A program made the translations under genes and the position numbers. 62,642 bases of DNA from Granulicella sp. GTDB lineage: Bacteria; Acidobacteriota; Terriglobia; Terriglobales; Acidobacteriaceae. The notes beneath the pieces are model-generated. The model was not told where the DNA came from, ran no database searches, and saw nothing but the letters and a program-made list of their open reading frames with translations. Position 1 is the first letter of the stretch; each line of letters begins with the position of its first letter. This document shows, piece by piece, positions 43,837 through 54,065 of the stretch. The stretch is from contig DAHWNL010000001.1 in assembly GCA_027339965.1 (NCBI GenBank), forward strand, positions 1-62,642, in the 5' to 3' direction.

Positions 43837-44697
43837 GTGAGTTATTCCACCCCGTTTTCCTCCCGCATCAAGAGCATTGACGATCTGCGCGGAACCGCCG
43901 GCAAACTAGAGGCGATTTTGAACTCCGGACAAGCGGATGCACCCTTCACTGCCCTGGTAACCCATCCCCACCCGCCCAGCGGAGGCACCATGCACCACAA
44001 GGTGGTGTACCACGTCGCTAAAGTCTTTTCCGGTTTTGGGCTGCCGGTGCTTCGCTTCAACTTTCGCGGCACGGGGCTAAGCCAGGGGAGCCATGACAAC
44101 GGATACGGCGAGGTGGATGACGTGCGCTCCGCGCTGGACTGGCTGACGGCAAACTTCGGGCGGCCCATCCTGTTTGCAGGCTTCTCCTTTGGCGCCAACG
44201 TGGGGCTGCGCGCTTGCTGCGGGGACGCTCGGGTGCGAGGGCTGATTGCACTAGGTCTGCCCTTAGTGCAACCCCAGCGCATCTTCGCCCCAGCCAGAGC
44301 GCCGGCAGCCGAGCCGTTGAGCCGAAGAGAGATGCCCGCCGATGGCGGGTTGACCGGGTCCAGCGGCGTCGAGGCCCGAAATGCGCCGCAAAAAAGAACC
44401 TACGCCTACCGATTTCTATCCACCTGTGGAGGGGTTCCCAAGCTGTTTGTCAGCGGGGGCCATGACGCCTTCTGCCCGCAGGGCGTACTGGAGTCAACGC
44501 TGGTGCAGGCTCCAGAACCCAAGAAAGTGGTGTGGATTGCCGGCGCTGACCACTTCTTCGCCAGCGCCGGGGATGGGCCTTCCGCGCCCGGCACCAAGCT
44601 GGACAGAATGACCGGCGCCGTTCGCGACTGGCTGGCCGAGACCTTCGCGCTGCCAAGGACCGAGGCCCCGCAGTCTTGCCTCTCCAGCCAGGAATGA
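43837..44697 (+). CDS. Alpha/beta hydrolase
   Basis: HPHPPSGGTM, RFNFRG, GFSFG nucleophile elbow, ADHFF. Confidence 0.88.
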   Translation: MSYSTPFSSRIKSIDDLRGTAGKLEAILNSGQADAPFTALVTHPHPPSGGTMHHKVVYHVAKVFSGFGLPVLRFNFRGTGLSQGSHDNGYGEVDDVRSALDWLTANFGRPILFAGFSFGANVGLRACCGDARVRGLIALGLPLVQPQRIFAPARAPAAEPLSRREMPADGGLTGSSGVEARNAPQKRTYAYRFLSTCGGVPKLFVSGGHDAFCPQGVLESTLVQAPEPKKVVWIAGADHFFASAGDGPSAPGTKLDRMTGAVRDWLAETFALPRTEAPQSCLSSQE

Positions 44698-45512
44698 ATA
44701 TACCCGGCCACCAGCTCCGGCGCCTCTTCGGCAAGACGGTGGCCCACCCCTGGCAGCGTTACCAGCCGCGCATGCGGGAGGCGCTCGCAAAGCCGGGCCG
44801 CTGAATGGATGGGCACAGCCCTGTCACAGTCTCCCCAAAACAGAAGGGCAGGGACCTGCAGCGAATGGCGTAGAGCGCGCCGCAGACGAGACATATCCTT
44901 GTGCCAGGTGCGCAACAGACGCAGCAGATGCGGAATGGTGCCTGGGGTGCGCAAGTTAGTGCGATAGGGGCGCAGACTCTCTGGAGTGTCCACACTCTGG
45001 GGGCCGGCCATCCGCCGCAAGCCAATCATCTGCAGCCACTCCGGCAGCCATGGCATCAGGTAAGCAAACAGCTCGCCCGGTTTGGAGAGATAAAAACGGA
45101 TGACCGGATCGCTCTCATCGAAGTAGGGATGGGCAGGGGCCAGCAGCACCAGGGATCGGACAGCAGGGCGCTTGCGCGCCGCCAGGTGAAGCGCAATCGC
45201 TCCGCCGTAGGAGTGCCCCAGAATCATTGGCCGGTGGAGGCCAAGCTGGACAAGAACCCGTTCAACGTACTTCGCTGTGGAAGCCAGGCGGGGATCGATG
45301 TCCGCACGCCGCTCGGACTCACCAGCGCCGGGAAGATCGAGCGCGACAATGTGCAGATCCGGACGAAGGTGGTCTACCAGCGGGAGGAACGTCTCCGCGC
45401 AGCCCATCAGGCCATGCAAGAGGACTAGCGAGGGCTGATCCTTCGCCTCACTGCCCCTTTCAAGATAGGTGAGGCGTAGCCCACCCACGTTCACTTGGCG
45501 ACGCACCATCAT
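44406..45512 (-). CDS. Alpha/beta hydrolase with C-terminal overlap into the convergent gene
   Basis: LLHGL, ALDLPGAGES, GHSYGG, WGDCD, GVGH; the fold ends near 44680 but the frame runs to 44406. Confidence 0.85.
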   Translation of the reverse strand: MMVRRQVNVGGLRLTYLERGSEAKDQPSLVLLHGLMGCAETFLPLVDHLRPDLHIVALDLPGAGESERRADIDPRLASTAKYVERVLVQLGLHRPMILGHSYGGAIALHLAARKRPAVRSLVLLAPAHPYFDESDPVIRFYLSKPGELFAYLMPWLPEWLQMIGLRRMAGPQSVDTPESLRPYRTNLRTPGTIPHLLRLLRTWHKDMSRLRRALRHSLQVPALLFWGDCDRAVPIHSAARLCERLPHARLVTLPGVGHRLAEEAPELVAGYIHSWLERQDCGASVLGSAKVSASQSRTAPVILSSLVPGAEGPSPALAKKWSAPAIHTTFLGSGACTSVDSSTPCGQKASWPPLTNSLGTPPQVDRNR

Positions 45513-45633
45513 CGTCTCCCAGCCTCATCCAAGCTGAATTCAAACCCTCGCCCATCAAGAAAAGTCATTTGGAATCAACCTAATAAGAGAGTTCGATTGA
45601 ACCGGCGCAGGGGCCGGCGGGGCATCCGGCCGC

Positions 45634-45748
45634 TAAAGCGTCTTCAGTGCAGGTGTAACGCGACGCCTCGACCTCCATGGGCGTCTTCCGCAATGAAAAC
45701 GCCACTGCACGCCCTCTCCGGTGTACCCAGCAACACTGAAATGCTATA
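45634..45748 (-). mobile_element. MITE-like element, copy 2 (115 bp)
   Basis: Reverse complement matches 11425-11540 with 10 substitutions and 1 indel by my count; TA at both ends. Confidence 0.8.
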
Positions 45749-46217
45749 ACCTCGCCGGACAGAACGTGGAAGCTGGCCGATGGGCCGGTCCAGACCAAGG
45801 TTAACCATACGTGAAAATCGCAGCTTGTGGAGTCTCGCGGCGGCATAGCCACACGGAGAATCCGCTGCAGATGGCAGAACAGCTGATGGCAACTTCGGCC
45901 GGCGGTGTGCTTCCCGCGGATCGCTCCGGATCCGTCTAGCCGGAGGGGAAAACAGGATATGGATCGTCGTGGATTCGGGAAGATCCTCTTTGCGATGATT
46001 TCGAACGAGTCGGCTGCTTGATTCGTCAAACGAGAGGTTCACCCGGAACCAACTTATTCTGAAATGCGTATCCACCTATGGTTATGTGCAGGAAGGCGCT
46101 TCACCAGGAGCAGCATTTCTCGATTCTTGCGGGAAAACATGGATTTTTCGAGAGCGGAGCTTTGGATGATAATTTGCAGGTGAATACAGGTAGCTTCAGA
46201 AAGACGGTATCTCCGGC

Positions 46218-49200
46218 GTGAAAAGCGGCTCCCAAACCCGGCTATTGGCGATTGTGCTGGCGGTTTTTACTCTCGCCGCGCTCGGGCTGGCGATTGCGAA
46301 CGTGAACCAGGAGAGCAGCTACACTCCTGCGACCGACGGCGCGCGCTGGATCGAGGCGACGGGAGGGTTGCGCGCCTATCTGGTTCCGCCTGACACGGCC
46401 GCCTACCGGGCCGGGGTAAGAAACGGAGACGTGCTCACCTCAGTCAACGATGTACCCACGCCGGCGCTCGCCACCTTGAGCCGCCAGATCTACGTCAACG
46501 GCGTCTGGTCCAAGGTAAAGTACACCCTGCTGCGCCGTGCCAACGACAGCGCCAAGCCGGTAGAAATCTCCGTGTGGGTGTATCTGGAACCTTTGGACCG
46601 GACCAACTTTCAGGTGGAGCGGTCGCTGGCGCTGGTCTACCTTGCGATAGGGCTCTTTGTTCTGTTCCGGCGCTGGACAGCGCCCAAGTCCACCCACTTC
46701 TATGTTTTCTGCCTGGTCTCCTTCATCTTGTACGCCTTCCGGTATACGGGCTTGTTGGATGGTCTGGACATCACCATTCTCACCGGAAACATCATTGCGT
46801 CGGAGCTGCAGCCGGCGCTGTTCCTGCACTTCGCCGTCAGTTTTACCGACGAAGTCTCGCGTCGCCGCAACCGCCTGTTGTACCCGCTGCTTTACTTCCC
46901 TGGTGTAGTTCTGGGCGTCCTGCACTATCTCTCCTACACCTACTGGGAGTCGACAGGGCAATTGCAGTTGCGGCTGAACAAATTCAACTACATCTACCTG
47001 GCCAGCTATTACATTCTTGCGGGAGTGGTCTTCGGGGTGAGGTACCGGGAAGAAGAGCAGCCACTGCAGCGTCAGCAGCTCAAATGGCTATCGCGTGGCA
47101 CCGCCCTGACGGTAGTTCCCTTCACCGCCTTGTATGTGATTCCTTATCTGTTTGACGATTATGTTCCCAGCGTTCTCACCCGCATCGCGCTGCTATCTTT
47201 GATTCTGCTGCCGTTGACCTTCAGTTGGGCCATTGTGCGCTACCGGCTAATGGATGTGGATCTGATCTTCAAGCGCGGCGCATCGTATACGCTGGCAACC
47301 GCGGCGCTGGTGGGCATCTACTTCGGCATCATCGCGCTCAGCGCTGAGTTCGTGCATCAGCGCTTCGAGCATCTGGGCGAGTGGGGTCTGGTGGCCGCAG
47401 TCATCGTCACCGGCTTGGTCTTTGATCCTCTCAAACGCGTCATTCAAGGGCAGCTCGATCGGGTCTTTGACCAGAAGAGCATCGACTACCGCGAGACGCT
47501 GGTCGAGTTCGGCAGTGAGTTGAACGCACAGACCAACCTAAGCGAGCTGATGAACTCGATCGTCGAGCGCCTTCCGGAGACGTTGCTGGTCACCCGTGTA
47601 GCGGTATTTCTGGCCCAGGAGGATAGAGATGGGCATGGCAGCTCATTCTCCCTGGCAGCGTCCCATGGCCTCTCCGCGCCGGTACTGGCCGGTGCCGACT
47701 CGCTCGCTCTCGGGTTTCTGGACTTTGACCATCGGGACAGCACCAACCATCTCTTCTTTGAGACGCCCAATGCCATGCTGCGGCTTCCCGATGCAGAGCG
47801 TCAGACGGCGGCGGCTCTGGATTTAAACTATTACGTCCCCTGCCGAGCGGCGCGGCATGAGGGCTCTGGGCACAGCACCATTGCGGTGCTGGGGCTGGGC
47901 CGGACCGGTTCGGGAGATTTCCTCTCCAGTGAAGATATGGAGCTGTTGGAGTCCCTGGCCGGATATATAGGAATTGCGATTCAAAACGCGCTGCTGTACC
48001 ACCGGCTGGAGCAGAAGATTCAAGAATTTGAACGTCTGCGCGACTTCAACGAGAACATTGTGGAATCCATCAACATCGGCGTCTTCGCCGTGGACCTGGA
48101 CGACCGCATCGAAAGCTGGAATGCGCAGATGGAGGGGATGTACGCAACCCCGCGCGGAGAGGCTCTGCGCCGCCCCTTGCATGAGGTCTTTCCGACGGAG
48201 TTTTTGCAGGAGTTTGATCGCCTGCGGGGAGAGCACGGAGTGAGCACGCTGTACAAGTTCCGCCTGCCCACGCCCTCCGGCGAAGCGCGCATTGCCAACA
48301 TCACCATAGCCCCGCTGCTCAACCGCGACCTCCAAGCTGTGGGAAGAATCGTGATTGTGGATGACATCACTGACCGCATCAACATGGAGACGCAACTGAC
48401 GCAGACCGAAAAGCTCTCTTCCATCGGTCTTCTTGCAGCCGGCGTGGCTCATGAGGTGAACACCCCGCTGGCGGTCATCTCCAGTTATGCCCAGATGCTG
48501 GGCAAGCAGTTGCGCTCCGACGAGGCCACCCACGCGCGCCTGCGGCCCGTGCTGGAGAAGATTACCCAACAGACCTTCCGCGCCTCGGAGATCGTCAACG
48601 GCTTATTGAACTTTTCGCGCATGGGCAGCGTGGACTTCGGAAGTGTGGATGTGAACCTGATGGTGCGCGATACGATCCTGCTTTTGGAACACCAGATGCG
48701 CTCTGGAGGCGTTGCGGTATCGGTCGACCTGGATGAAAACCTGCCCATGGTTGCGGGCAACCGCGGCAAGCTGCAACAGGTACTGGTCAATCTAGTGCTC
48801 AATGCCAAGGACGCGCTGCTGGAAAAGGGTGGCGGCAGCGTCAGCATTCATACCTCGAAGACATCCAAAGGCGTGGAACTGCGCGTCGAAGACAACGGCG
48901 TAGGAATGTCGCCGGAGGTTTTGCGAAAGATTTACGACCCTTTTTTCACCACCAAGAGCAACCCAAGAGAGGGGCAGCGGAAGGGAACGGGGTTGGGGCT
49001 TGCGGTCACCTACGGCATCATCCAGGAGCACGCCGGAGCCATTGAGGTGAGCAGCACGCCAGGCGAAGGCACTATATTCCGGCTGGAACTTCCTGCGGCA
49101 GACGCGGCCGGAGCCAAGAACCAGGTCAGGGTTCATCCTGAGATCCAGCCAGGAGCAACCTCCTCAGAGCCCTTGGGAAATCAGCCGCCAACAGAGGAAG

Positions 49201-49220
49201 GAAAGGTAGTCCATGTCTAG
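46218..49220 (+). CDS. Sensor histidine kinase (PDZ - multi-TM - GAF - PAS - HisKA - HATPase)
   Basis: AAYRAGVRNGDVLTSVND (PDZ), many TM helices, FLSSEDMELL..LAGYIGIAIQNA (GAF), WNAQME (PAS), AHEVNTPL, NLVLNA, DNGVG, PFFTTK, GTGLGL. Confidence 0.92.
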   Translation: MKSGSQTRLLAIVLAVFTLAALGLAIANVNQESSYTPATDGARWIEATGGLRAYLVPPDTAAYRAGVRNGDVLTSVNDVPTPALATLSRQIYVNGVWSKVKYTLLRRANDSAKPVEISVWVYLEPLDRTNFQVERSLALVYLAIGLFVLFRRWTAPKSTHFYVFCLVSFILYAFRYTGLLDGLDITILTGNIIASELQPALFLHFAVSFTDEVSRRRNRLLYPLLYFPGVVLGVLHYLSYTYWESTGQLQLRLNKFNYIYLASYYILAGVVFGVRYREEEQPLQRQQLKWLSRGTALTVVPFTALYVIPYLFDDYVPSVLTRIALLSLILLPLTFSWAIVRYRLMDVDLIFKRGASYTLATAALVGIYFGIIALSAEFVHQRFEHLGEWGLVAAVIVTGLVFDPLKRVIQGQLDRVFDQKSIDYRETLVEFGSELNAQTNLSELMNSIVERLPETLLVTRVAVFLAQEDRDGHGSSFSLAASHGLSAPVLAGADSLALGFLDFDHRDSTNHLFFETPNAMLRLPDAERQTAAALDLNYYVPCRAARHEGSGHSTIAVLGLGRTGSGDFLSSEDMELLESLAGYIGIAIQNALLYHRLEQKIQEFERLRDFNENIVESINIGVFAVDLDDRIESWNAQMEGMYATPRGEALRRPLHEVFPTEFLQEFDRLRGEHGVSTLYKFRLPTPSGEARIANITIAPLLNRDLQAVGRIVIVDDITDRINMETQLTQTEKLSSIGLLAAGVAHEVNTPLAVISSYAQMLGKQLRSDEATHARLRPVLEKITQQTFRASEIVNGLLNFSRMGSVDFGSVDVNLMVRDTILLLEHQMRSGGVAVSVDLDENLPMVAGNRGKLQQVLVNLVLNAKDALLEKGGGSVSIHTSKTSKGVELRVEDNGVGMSPEVLRKIYDPFFTTKSNPREGQRKGTGLGLAVTYGIIQEHAGAIEVSSTPGEGTIFRLELPAADAAGAKNQVRVHPEIQPGATSSEPLGNQPPTEEGKVVHV

Positions 49221-50739
49221 ATCAACCCTGAGCCATCGAGAAACACCCTCAAGCCATCAGGAACGAGCCATGGGCGATCTTGCAGGAACCGCAAGCAATG
49301 CTCCGGGATCGGCCCTCGGCGATCAAGCGGAGAGGCCAGCCGTTGCGGCTCATTCCGCCGGGCAGAGGATTCTCATCATCGATGACGAGGCGGGAATCCG
49401 GGACTCTCTCGAAACCTTGCTGACGCTGGAGGGATTTCGCGTTGATCTGGCCGCCGATGGCGCCGCCGGTCTGGGGCGCTTGTCGCAAAACGTCTACGAC
49501 CTCATGCTGCTTGACCTTGCACTGCCCGGCCAGAGCGGCGTTGATCTGCTGCCGCGGATTCACGCTCTGGTGCCGGAGCTTCCCGTGATCATGATCACCG
49601 CCTACGGAACCGTGGGGAATGTGGTGGACGCCATCCGGGCCGGCGCCTGCAACTTTATCCAAAAGCCCTGGGACAACGAAAAGCTGTTGGCCGATATCCG
49701 GGTCGCAATCGGTAAGAATCGCGCCGAGCAGGAAGTGGTCCACCTCAAACGCACTCTCAAGCAACGTGTCTCGTTTGAGAACATCGTGGGCAAGAGTGAG
49801 TTGATGCTGCAGTTGTTCGACCTGATCGCGCAGGTCGCGCCCAGCCGCTCCACAGTCTTGATTCAAGGAGAGAGCGGAACCGGAAAAGAGCTGATCGCCA
49901 AGGCGATTCACGCCCACTCCCCGCGGCGCGATAAGCCCTTCATCCCGGTCAACACGGGAGCGGTACCTTCAGACCTGCTGGAGTCCACGCTGTTTGGCCA
50001 CGAGCGCGGCGCCTTTACCTCAGCCGTAGCAGCCAAAAAGGGACTCTTCGAGGTAGCCGACGGAGGAACTCTGTTTTTGGATGAGATTGGGACCATGCGC
50101 ATGGACATGCAGGCCAAAATCCTGCGCGTGCTGCAGGACCGCCGCTTCATGCATGTGGGTGGGACCAAGGAGATTCAGGTCGACATCCGTATTCTCGCCG
50201 CCACCAACGTCAACCTGGAGCAGGCAGTCAAAGAGGGCCGCTTCCGCGAAGATCTCTTCTACCGGCTCAACGTGATCTCTCTCGAGCTGCCGCCTCTTCG
50301 TAATCGCAAAGAGGATATTCCTCTGCTGGCCAACCATTACTTGAAGTTTTATGCCGAGGAGAATGGCTTTACGCCGCCCGTGCTGGCGCCGGATTCACTG
50401 CGGCTGATGATGGACTACGACTGGCCCGGCAACGTGCGCGAACTTGAGAATGCCATGGAGCGAGGCGTGGTGCTGGCCAACGGCCCCATGTTGACGCCGG
50501 ACCTGCTGCCGTCTCAGTTGCGTGGCAATCCCTTCTCCACCGCCCTGCTGGAGCAGAAACCGGATGCATCGCTCTTCGATGTGATAGAGGAGATTGAAAG
50601 GCGCATCATCTCCGACCGGCTGGAACGCTGCAACTGGAACCAGACCGAGGCGTCAGAGTACTTCAGAATTCCGCTTTCCACACTCAACCAAAAGATCAAG
50701 CGCCTGGATATCGCGTTGAAGAAACGCAGCAAGGAGTAG
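49213..50739 (+). CDS. Sigma54-dependent response regulator (NtrC family)
   Basis: Receiver IDDE/LLD/TAYG/KP; GESGTGKE, GAFTSA, LFLDEIG, FREDLFYRLNV, WPGNVREL; C-terminal HTH. Start may be 49270. Confidence 0.94.
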   Translation: MSRSTLSHRETPSSHQERAMGDLAGTASNAPGSALGDQAERPAVAAHSAGQRILIIDDEAGIRDSLETLLTLEGFRVDLAADGAAGLGRLSQNVYDLMLLDLALPGQSGVDLLPRIHALVPELPVIMITAYGTVGNVVDAIRAGACNFIQKPWDNEKLLADIRVAIGKNRAEQEVVHLKRTLKQRVSFENIVGKSELMLQLFDLIAQVAPSRSTVLIQGESGTGKELIAKAIHAHSPRRDKPFIPVNTGAVPSDLLESTLFGHERGAFTSAVAAKKGLFEVADGGTLFLDEIGTMRMDMQAKILRVLQDRRFMHVGGTKEIQVDIRILAATNVNLEQAVKEGRFREDLFYRLNVISLELPPLRNRKEDIPLLANHYLKFYAEENGFTPPVLAPDSLRLMMDYDWPGNVRELENAMERGVVLANGPMLTPDLLPSQLRGNPFSTALLEQKPDASLFDVIEEIERRIISDRLERCNWNQTEASEYFRIPLSTLNQKIKRLDIALKKRSKE

Positions 50740-51008
50740 CGCCATCCACGCCGCTTGGACGCCCCGGAAGTTTTAGGGAACGGCCATCGGATCAACCGAT
50801 GTCCGCAGGCGGTCATTTGCCGCAGGCTGGGCAGCGGGATGCTCCAGGCACGAACAGTCTGGGCAGGCGCAGTCTGGGCAGGATCCTCACCGCCTCGTCT
50901 GTCCCCGTGAACCCTCTGCCCCGGGAGGCTGCGCTCGGACCCCGCTCGCACCCGCACCGCTGACGCGTGATTCGCAATCCTGCATCGCGATCCATGCCGC
51001 CGCGACCT

Positions 51009-51935
51009 CTACGCCAACAGGTGCTTTAGCAGCGCCATGCGGATGTAGAGACTGTTCTTGGCCTGCTTGAAGTAGGCTGCCCGGGTATTGGCATCCACCT
51101 CTGGCGAGATCTCATTCACACGCGGCAAAGGGTGCATGATGATCGACTCCGTCTTCAGCCGGTCGGCCATCTCGGCGTCGATGATATAGACATCCTTCAC
51201 CGCGTCATACTCCTGCTTGGAGACAAACCGCTCGCTCTGGACGCGCGTGATGTAGGCCACGTCGGCCTGCTCAATCACCCCTTCCAGTCTTTCTCCTTCA
51301 TGAAACGCGACTCCCTTCTCCGCCAGGAACTCGCGGTACAACGGAGGCAGCCTCAACTGCGCGGGCGAGAGCAGATCAATGGTCACTCCGGGATACAGGC
51401 AGAGGAGTGGCAGCAGAGAGTGGATGGTTCTTCCATTCAAGAGATCGCCTACCAGAGCCACCCGCAAGCCGCTCAACCTTCCCAGCTCTTTTTTGATGGT
51501 ATAGATATCCGCAAGAGCCTGGGTCGGATGCTCTCCCACCCCATCGCCTGCATTGATGATCGGCACCGGAGAGATTTTGGCCGCTGCCTCCGCCGCTCCT
51601 TCTTCGTAATGCCGAATCGCAATCGCATCCGCATACCCGCTGACGATGCGCACCGTATCACTGATCGTCTCGCCTTTGGTGGCGGAAGAGTTGGCTTTGG
51701 CGTTCTCGGAGGTGAGTACGCCCCCGCCGAGCTTCTGCATTGCCGCCTCAAAGGAGAATCGGGTGCGCGTGCTTGGCTCAAAGAACAGCGTTGCCAGGAT
51801 GCGGCCACGCAGCGGATCCGTCAAGGCGTGAAACACATCATCGCGCTCCATCTGATGCGCGGATTCAAACAGCGAAAGTAAAAATCCAGTATCCTTGAAC
51901 TGCCGGGAGCTGATGACATGTTTGAGCTTTTCCAT
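51009..51935 (-). CDS. pyrB: Aspartate carbamoyltransferase catalytic subunit
   Basis: FFEPSTRTRFSF, KGE, NAGDG..EHPTQ, TRVQ.ER, HPLPRVNEI. Confidence 0.96.
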   Translation of the reverse strand: MEKLKHVISSRQFKDTGFLLSLFESAHQMERDDVFHALTDPLRGRILATLFFEPSTRTRFSFEAAMQKLGGGVLTSENAKANSSATKGETISDTVRIVSGYADAIAIRHYEEGAAEAAAKISPVPIINAGDGVGEHPTQALADIYTIKKELGRLSGLRVALVGDLLNGRTIHSLLPLLCLYPGVTIDLLSPAQLRLPPLYREFLAEKGVAFHEGERLEGVIEQADVAYITRVQSERFVSKQEYDAVKDVYIIDAEMADRLKTESIIMHPLPRVNEISPEVDANTRAAYFKQAKNSLYIRMALLKHLLA

Positions 51936-51949
51936 CGGAGAACTCTCCC

Positions 51950-53191
51950 TCAACTTGCCGGGTAAACCCTGCCTCGTAAGATGGTGTAGGTCACTCGGCC
52001 GGGCATCGTATATCCCTCAAACGGGCTCCAACCGCACTTTGTCTTCATGGCTTCGCGCTGCACCAGGTGCGGCGCATCCGGATTCAGGATGGTGAGCGAC
52101 CCGACATAGCCCGGCGCGATCATCCCGTATCCCTTCCCAAACCCGCGGGGGAGAAACTCGTTCACAAACCGGCCTGAATTCCAGGCACAGACCCGCGCAA
52201 TCTGAGCAGGGGTAAAACCATGCTCGGCCATCAGCCAGGTGGCAAAATCTCCGTAGGTGTCCAGATGCGGGACCCCGCTTACGCCTTGCCTCTTCTCTTC
52301 CAGCGTATGAGGAGCGTGGTCCGTCGCCACATAATCCACCAGTCCGTGGCGCAGAGCCTCGATCAGCGCCAGCCGATCCTCTCTCCCGCGCAGAGGTGGA
52401 TTCATCTGCAGCCACAGCCGATTGTCCTCGGTGAGCATCGAATCGTCGAAGAACAGATGATGCGGCGTCGCCTCAGCGGTCACCTTCACCCCGCGCGCCT
52501 TGGCCGCTGCGATCTTCTCCAACCCGTCTTTGGTGGAGTAATGGCACAGCTTGCCCACCAGTCCATATCTCTCGATAAGGTACAGAGCAAACTCCGTTGC
52601 CGCAATCTCCGCTCGCGCCGGCCGCCTCTGCTCATGCGTCGGCTGGCCTCGGTTCTCGCGCAGGATCACAGGGTCTTCGCAGTGGAAGCTGACGTTCCGG
52701 CCGCGATATCTCGAGATGACGCTCTCCAGCTCTTCCTGTGAGGAGAAGAACAGATCCCCCACTGAAGGCCCCATGAATGCCTTGTACGGCACATGCCGCT
52801 CGAGCGGGTTCGTCCGCGGCCCAATGCCCGCGTACAGAGTGACATGCACTGCCGAGCTGGCCGTCAGCCGCTGCTTCTCCGCGTAGCGCCGTTCATCTAC
52901 AGGCGCCACCGGATTATTCGGCATATCCGCGACCTGGGTAACGCCGCCATGGATGGCCGCCGCTGCAACACTGGCAAAGTCTTCTTTGTAAACCTGCGTC
53001 TGGCCGGCATCTTCACGGGCGTGAATATGGATGTCGCCGAAGCCGGGAAAGACGATCTGCCCACGCAGATCCAGGTCGCTTCTGCCCGCGGGCGGTCCTA
53101 CACTCTCGATCAATCCATTCTCGGTATTGATCTCGATAGCGGCTTCAAACTCGCCATCGTGGTTGGCGAATCTGCCCTCAAGACGCAGCAT
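51950..53191 (-). CDS. pyrC: Dihydroorotase
   Basis: PGFGDIHIHAR, GGVT..DMPN, HCED, EATPHHL, MNPPLR, ATDHAPH, KCGWSPFEG; operon context. Confidence 0.88.
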   Translation of the reverse strand: MLRLEGRFANHDGEFEAAIEINTENGLIESVGPPAGRSDLDLRGQIVFPGFGDIHIHAREDAGQTQVYKEDFASVAAAAIHGGVTQVADMPNNPVAPVDERRYAEKQRLTASSAVHVTLYAGIGPRTNPLERHVPYKAFMGPSVGDLFFSSQEELESVISRYRGRNVSFHCEDPVILRENRGQPTHEQRRPARAEIAATEFALYLIERYGLVGKLCHYSTKDGLEKIAAAKARGVKVTAEATPHHLFFDDSMLTEDNRLWLQMNPPLRGREDRLALIEALRHGLVDYVATDHAPHTLEEKRQGVSGVPHLDTYGDFATWLMAEHGFTPAQIARVCAWNSGRFVNEFLPRGFGKGYGMIAPGYVGSLTILNPDAPHLVQREAMKTKCGWSPFEGYTMPGRVTYTILRGRVYPAS

Positions 53192-54059
53192 ATGCACTTC
53201 CCTTCCTGGTTCGTGCAGCGGCCTCTCGCGCAGCGTTGATCTCATCGCGTAGCGTGTGCGCCGCCGCTGCCGGATCCTCGCTGAAGAGGATGCCTCGCGA
53301 GCTGCTGATCAACAGCCCGGCCCGACCTGCGCTTGAGCCTGGCTGCGCCAGGCTTCCTGTTCCGGCCTGCAGGCCCGCCGCCACCACAGTAGCTACATCG
53401 CCGCCCTGAGCGCCGACGCCGGGCACAAGGAACGGGAGCTCCGGCGCGACGGCGCGAATCCTCCGCATCTCTTCGGGATAGGTCGCGCCTACCACCAGCA
53501 TGCAGTTACCCGCGGCGTTCCACTGCGAAGCCACCTGTCGGGCGACCACCTCCCATAGCGGCTTTCCGTTGCAGTCCAGATCCTGCAACTCCCCGGCTCC
53601 GGGATTCGAGGTTCGGCAGAGCACAATGCTCACCTTGTCCGCCCTGTTTAGGAACGGCAGCAAAGCCTCGCGTCCCAGGTAAGGATGCAGCGTCACGGCG
53701 TCGAAGCCCATGGCGTCGAAGATCGATGCCGCATAGCCGCGGTTGGTGTTGCCGACGTCGCCGCGCTTGGCATCGCAGATGGTAAAGATGTCCGGATGCT
53801 CGCGGCGCAGATACTCCGCGGTCAGTTCGAGCTCTCGGAGACCCTCGACGCCACGAGCCTCGAAGAACGCCATATTGGGCTTGTACGCCGCCGCGTAGCG
53901 ATGGGTCTGCTCAATGATCCAGCGATTGAAGGCAAAGAAAGGATGCTCATGACGTTGGAACTGGGCGGGAATCCGGTCCATCTCCGGATCCAGTCCCACG
54001 CACAGCAGGGAGTTGACTTCCTCTGCTCGTCGCTCGAACTTTTTGATCGCCCCATTCAT
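53178..54059 (-). CDS. pyrF: Orotidine-5'-phosphate decarboxylase (LCVGLDP subfamily)
   Basis: LCVGLDP, YKPNMAFFE, DAKRGDVGNT, RTSNPG, VVGAT, PGVGAQGG, SSRGI. Confidence 0.95.
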   Translation of the reverse strand: MNGAIKKFERRAEEVNSLLCVGLDPEMDRIPAQFQRHEHPFFAFNRWIIEQTHRYAAAYKPNMAFFEARGVEGLRELELTAEYLRREHPDIFTICDAKRGDVGNTNRGYAASIFDAMGFDAVTLHPYLGREALLPFLNRADKVSIVLCRTSNPGAGELQDLDCNGKPLWEVVARQVASQWNAAGNCMLVVGATYPEEMRRIRAVAPELPFLVPGVGAQGGDVATVVAAGLQAGTGSLAQPGSSAGRAGLLISSSRGILFSEDPAAAAHTLRDEINAAREAAARTRKGSAYAAS

Positions 54060-54065
54060 CTCGTG

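Noticed and set aside
46058..46070. Additional MITE end (CTGAAATGCGTA)
   Set aside because: Short partial match with no adjoining internal sequence; the same applies to CACTGAAAA near 43827.
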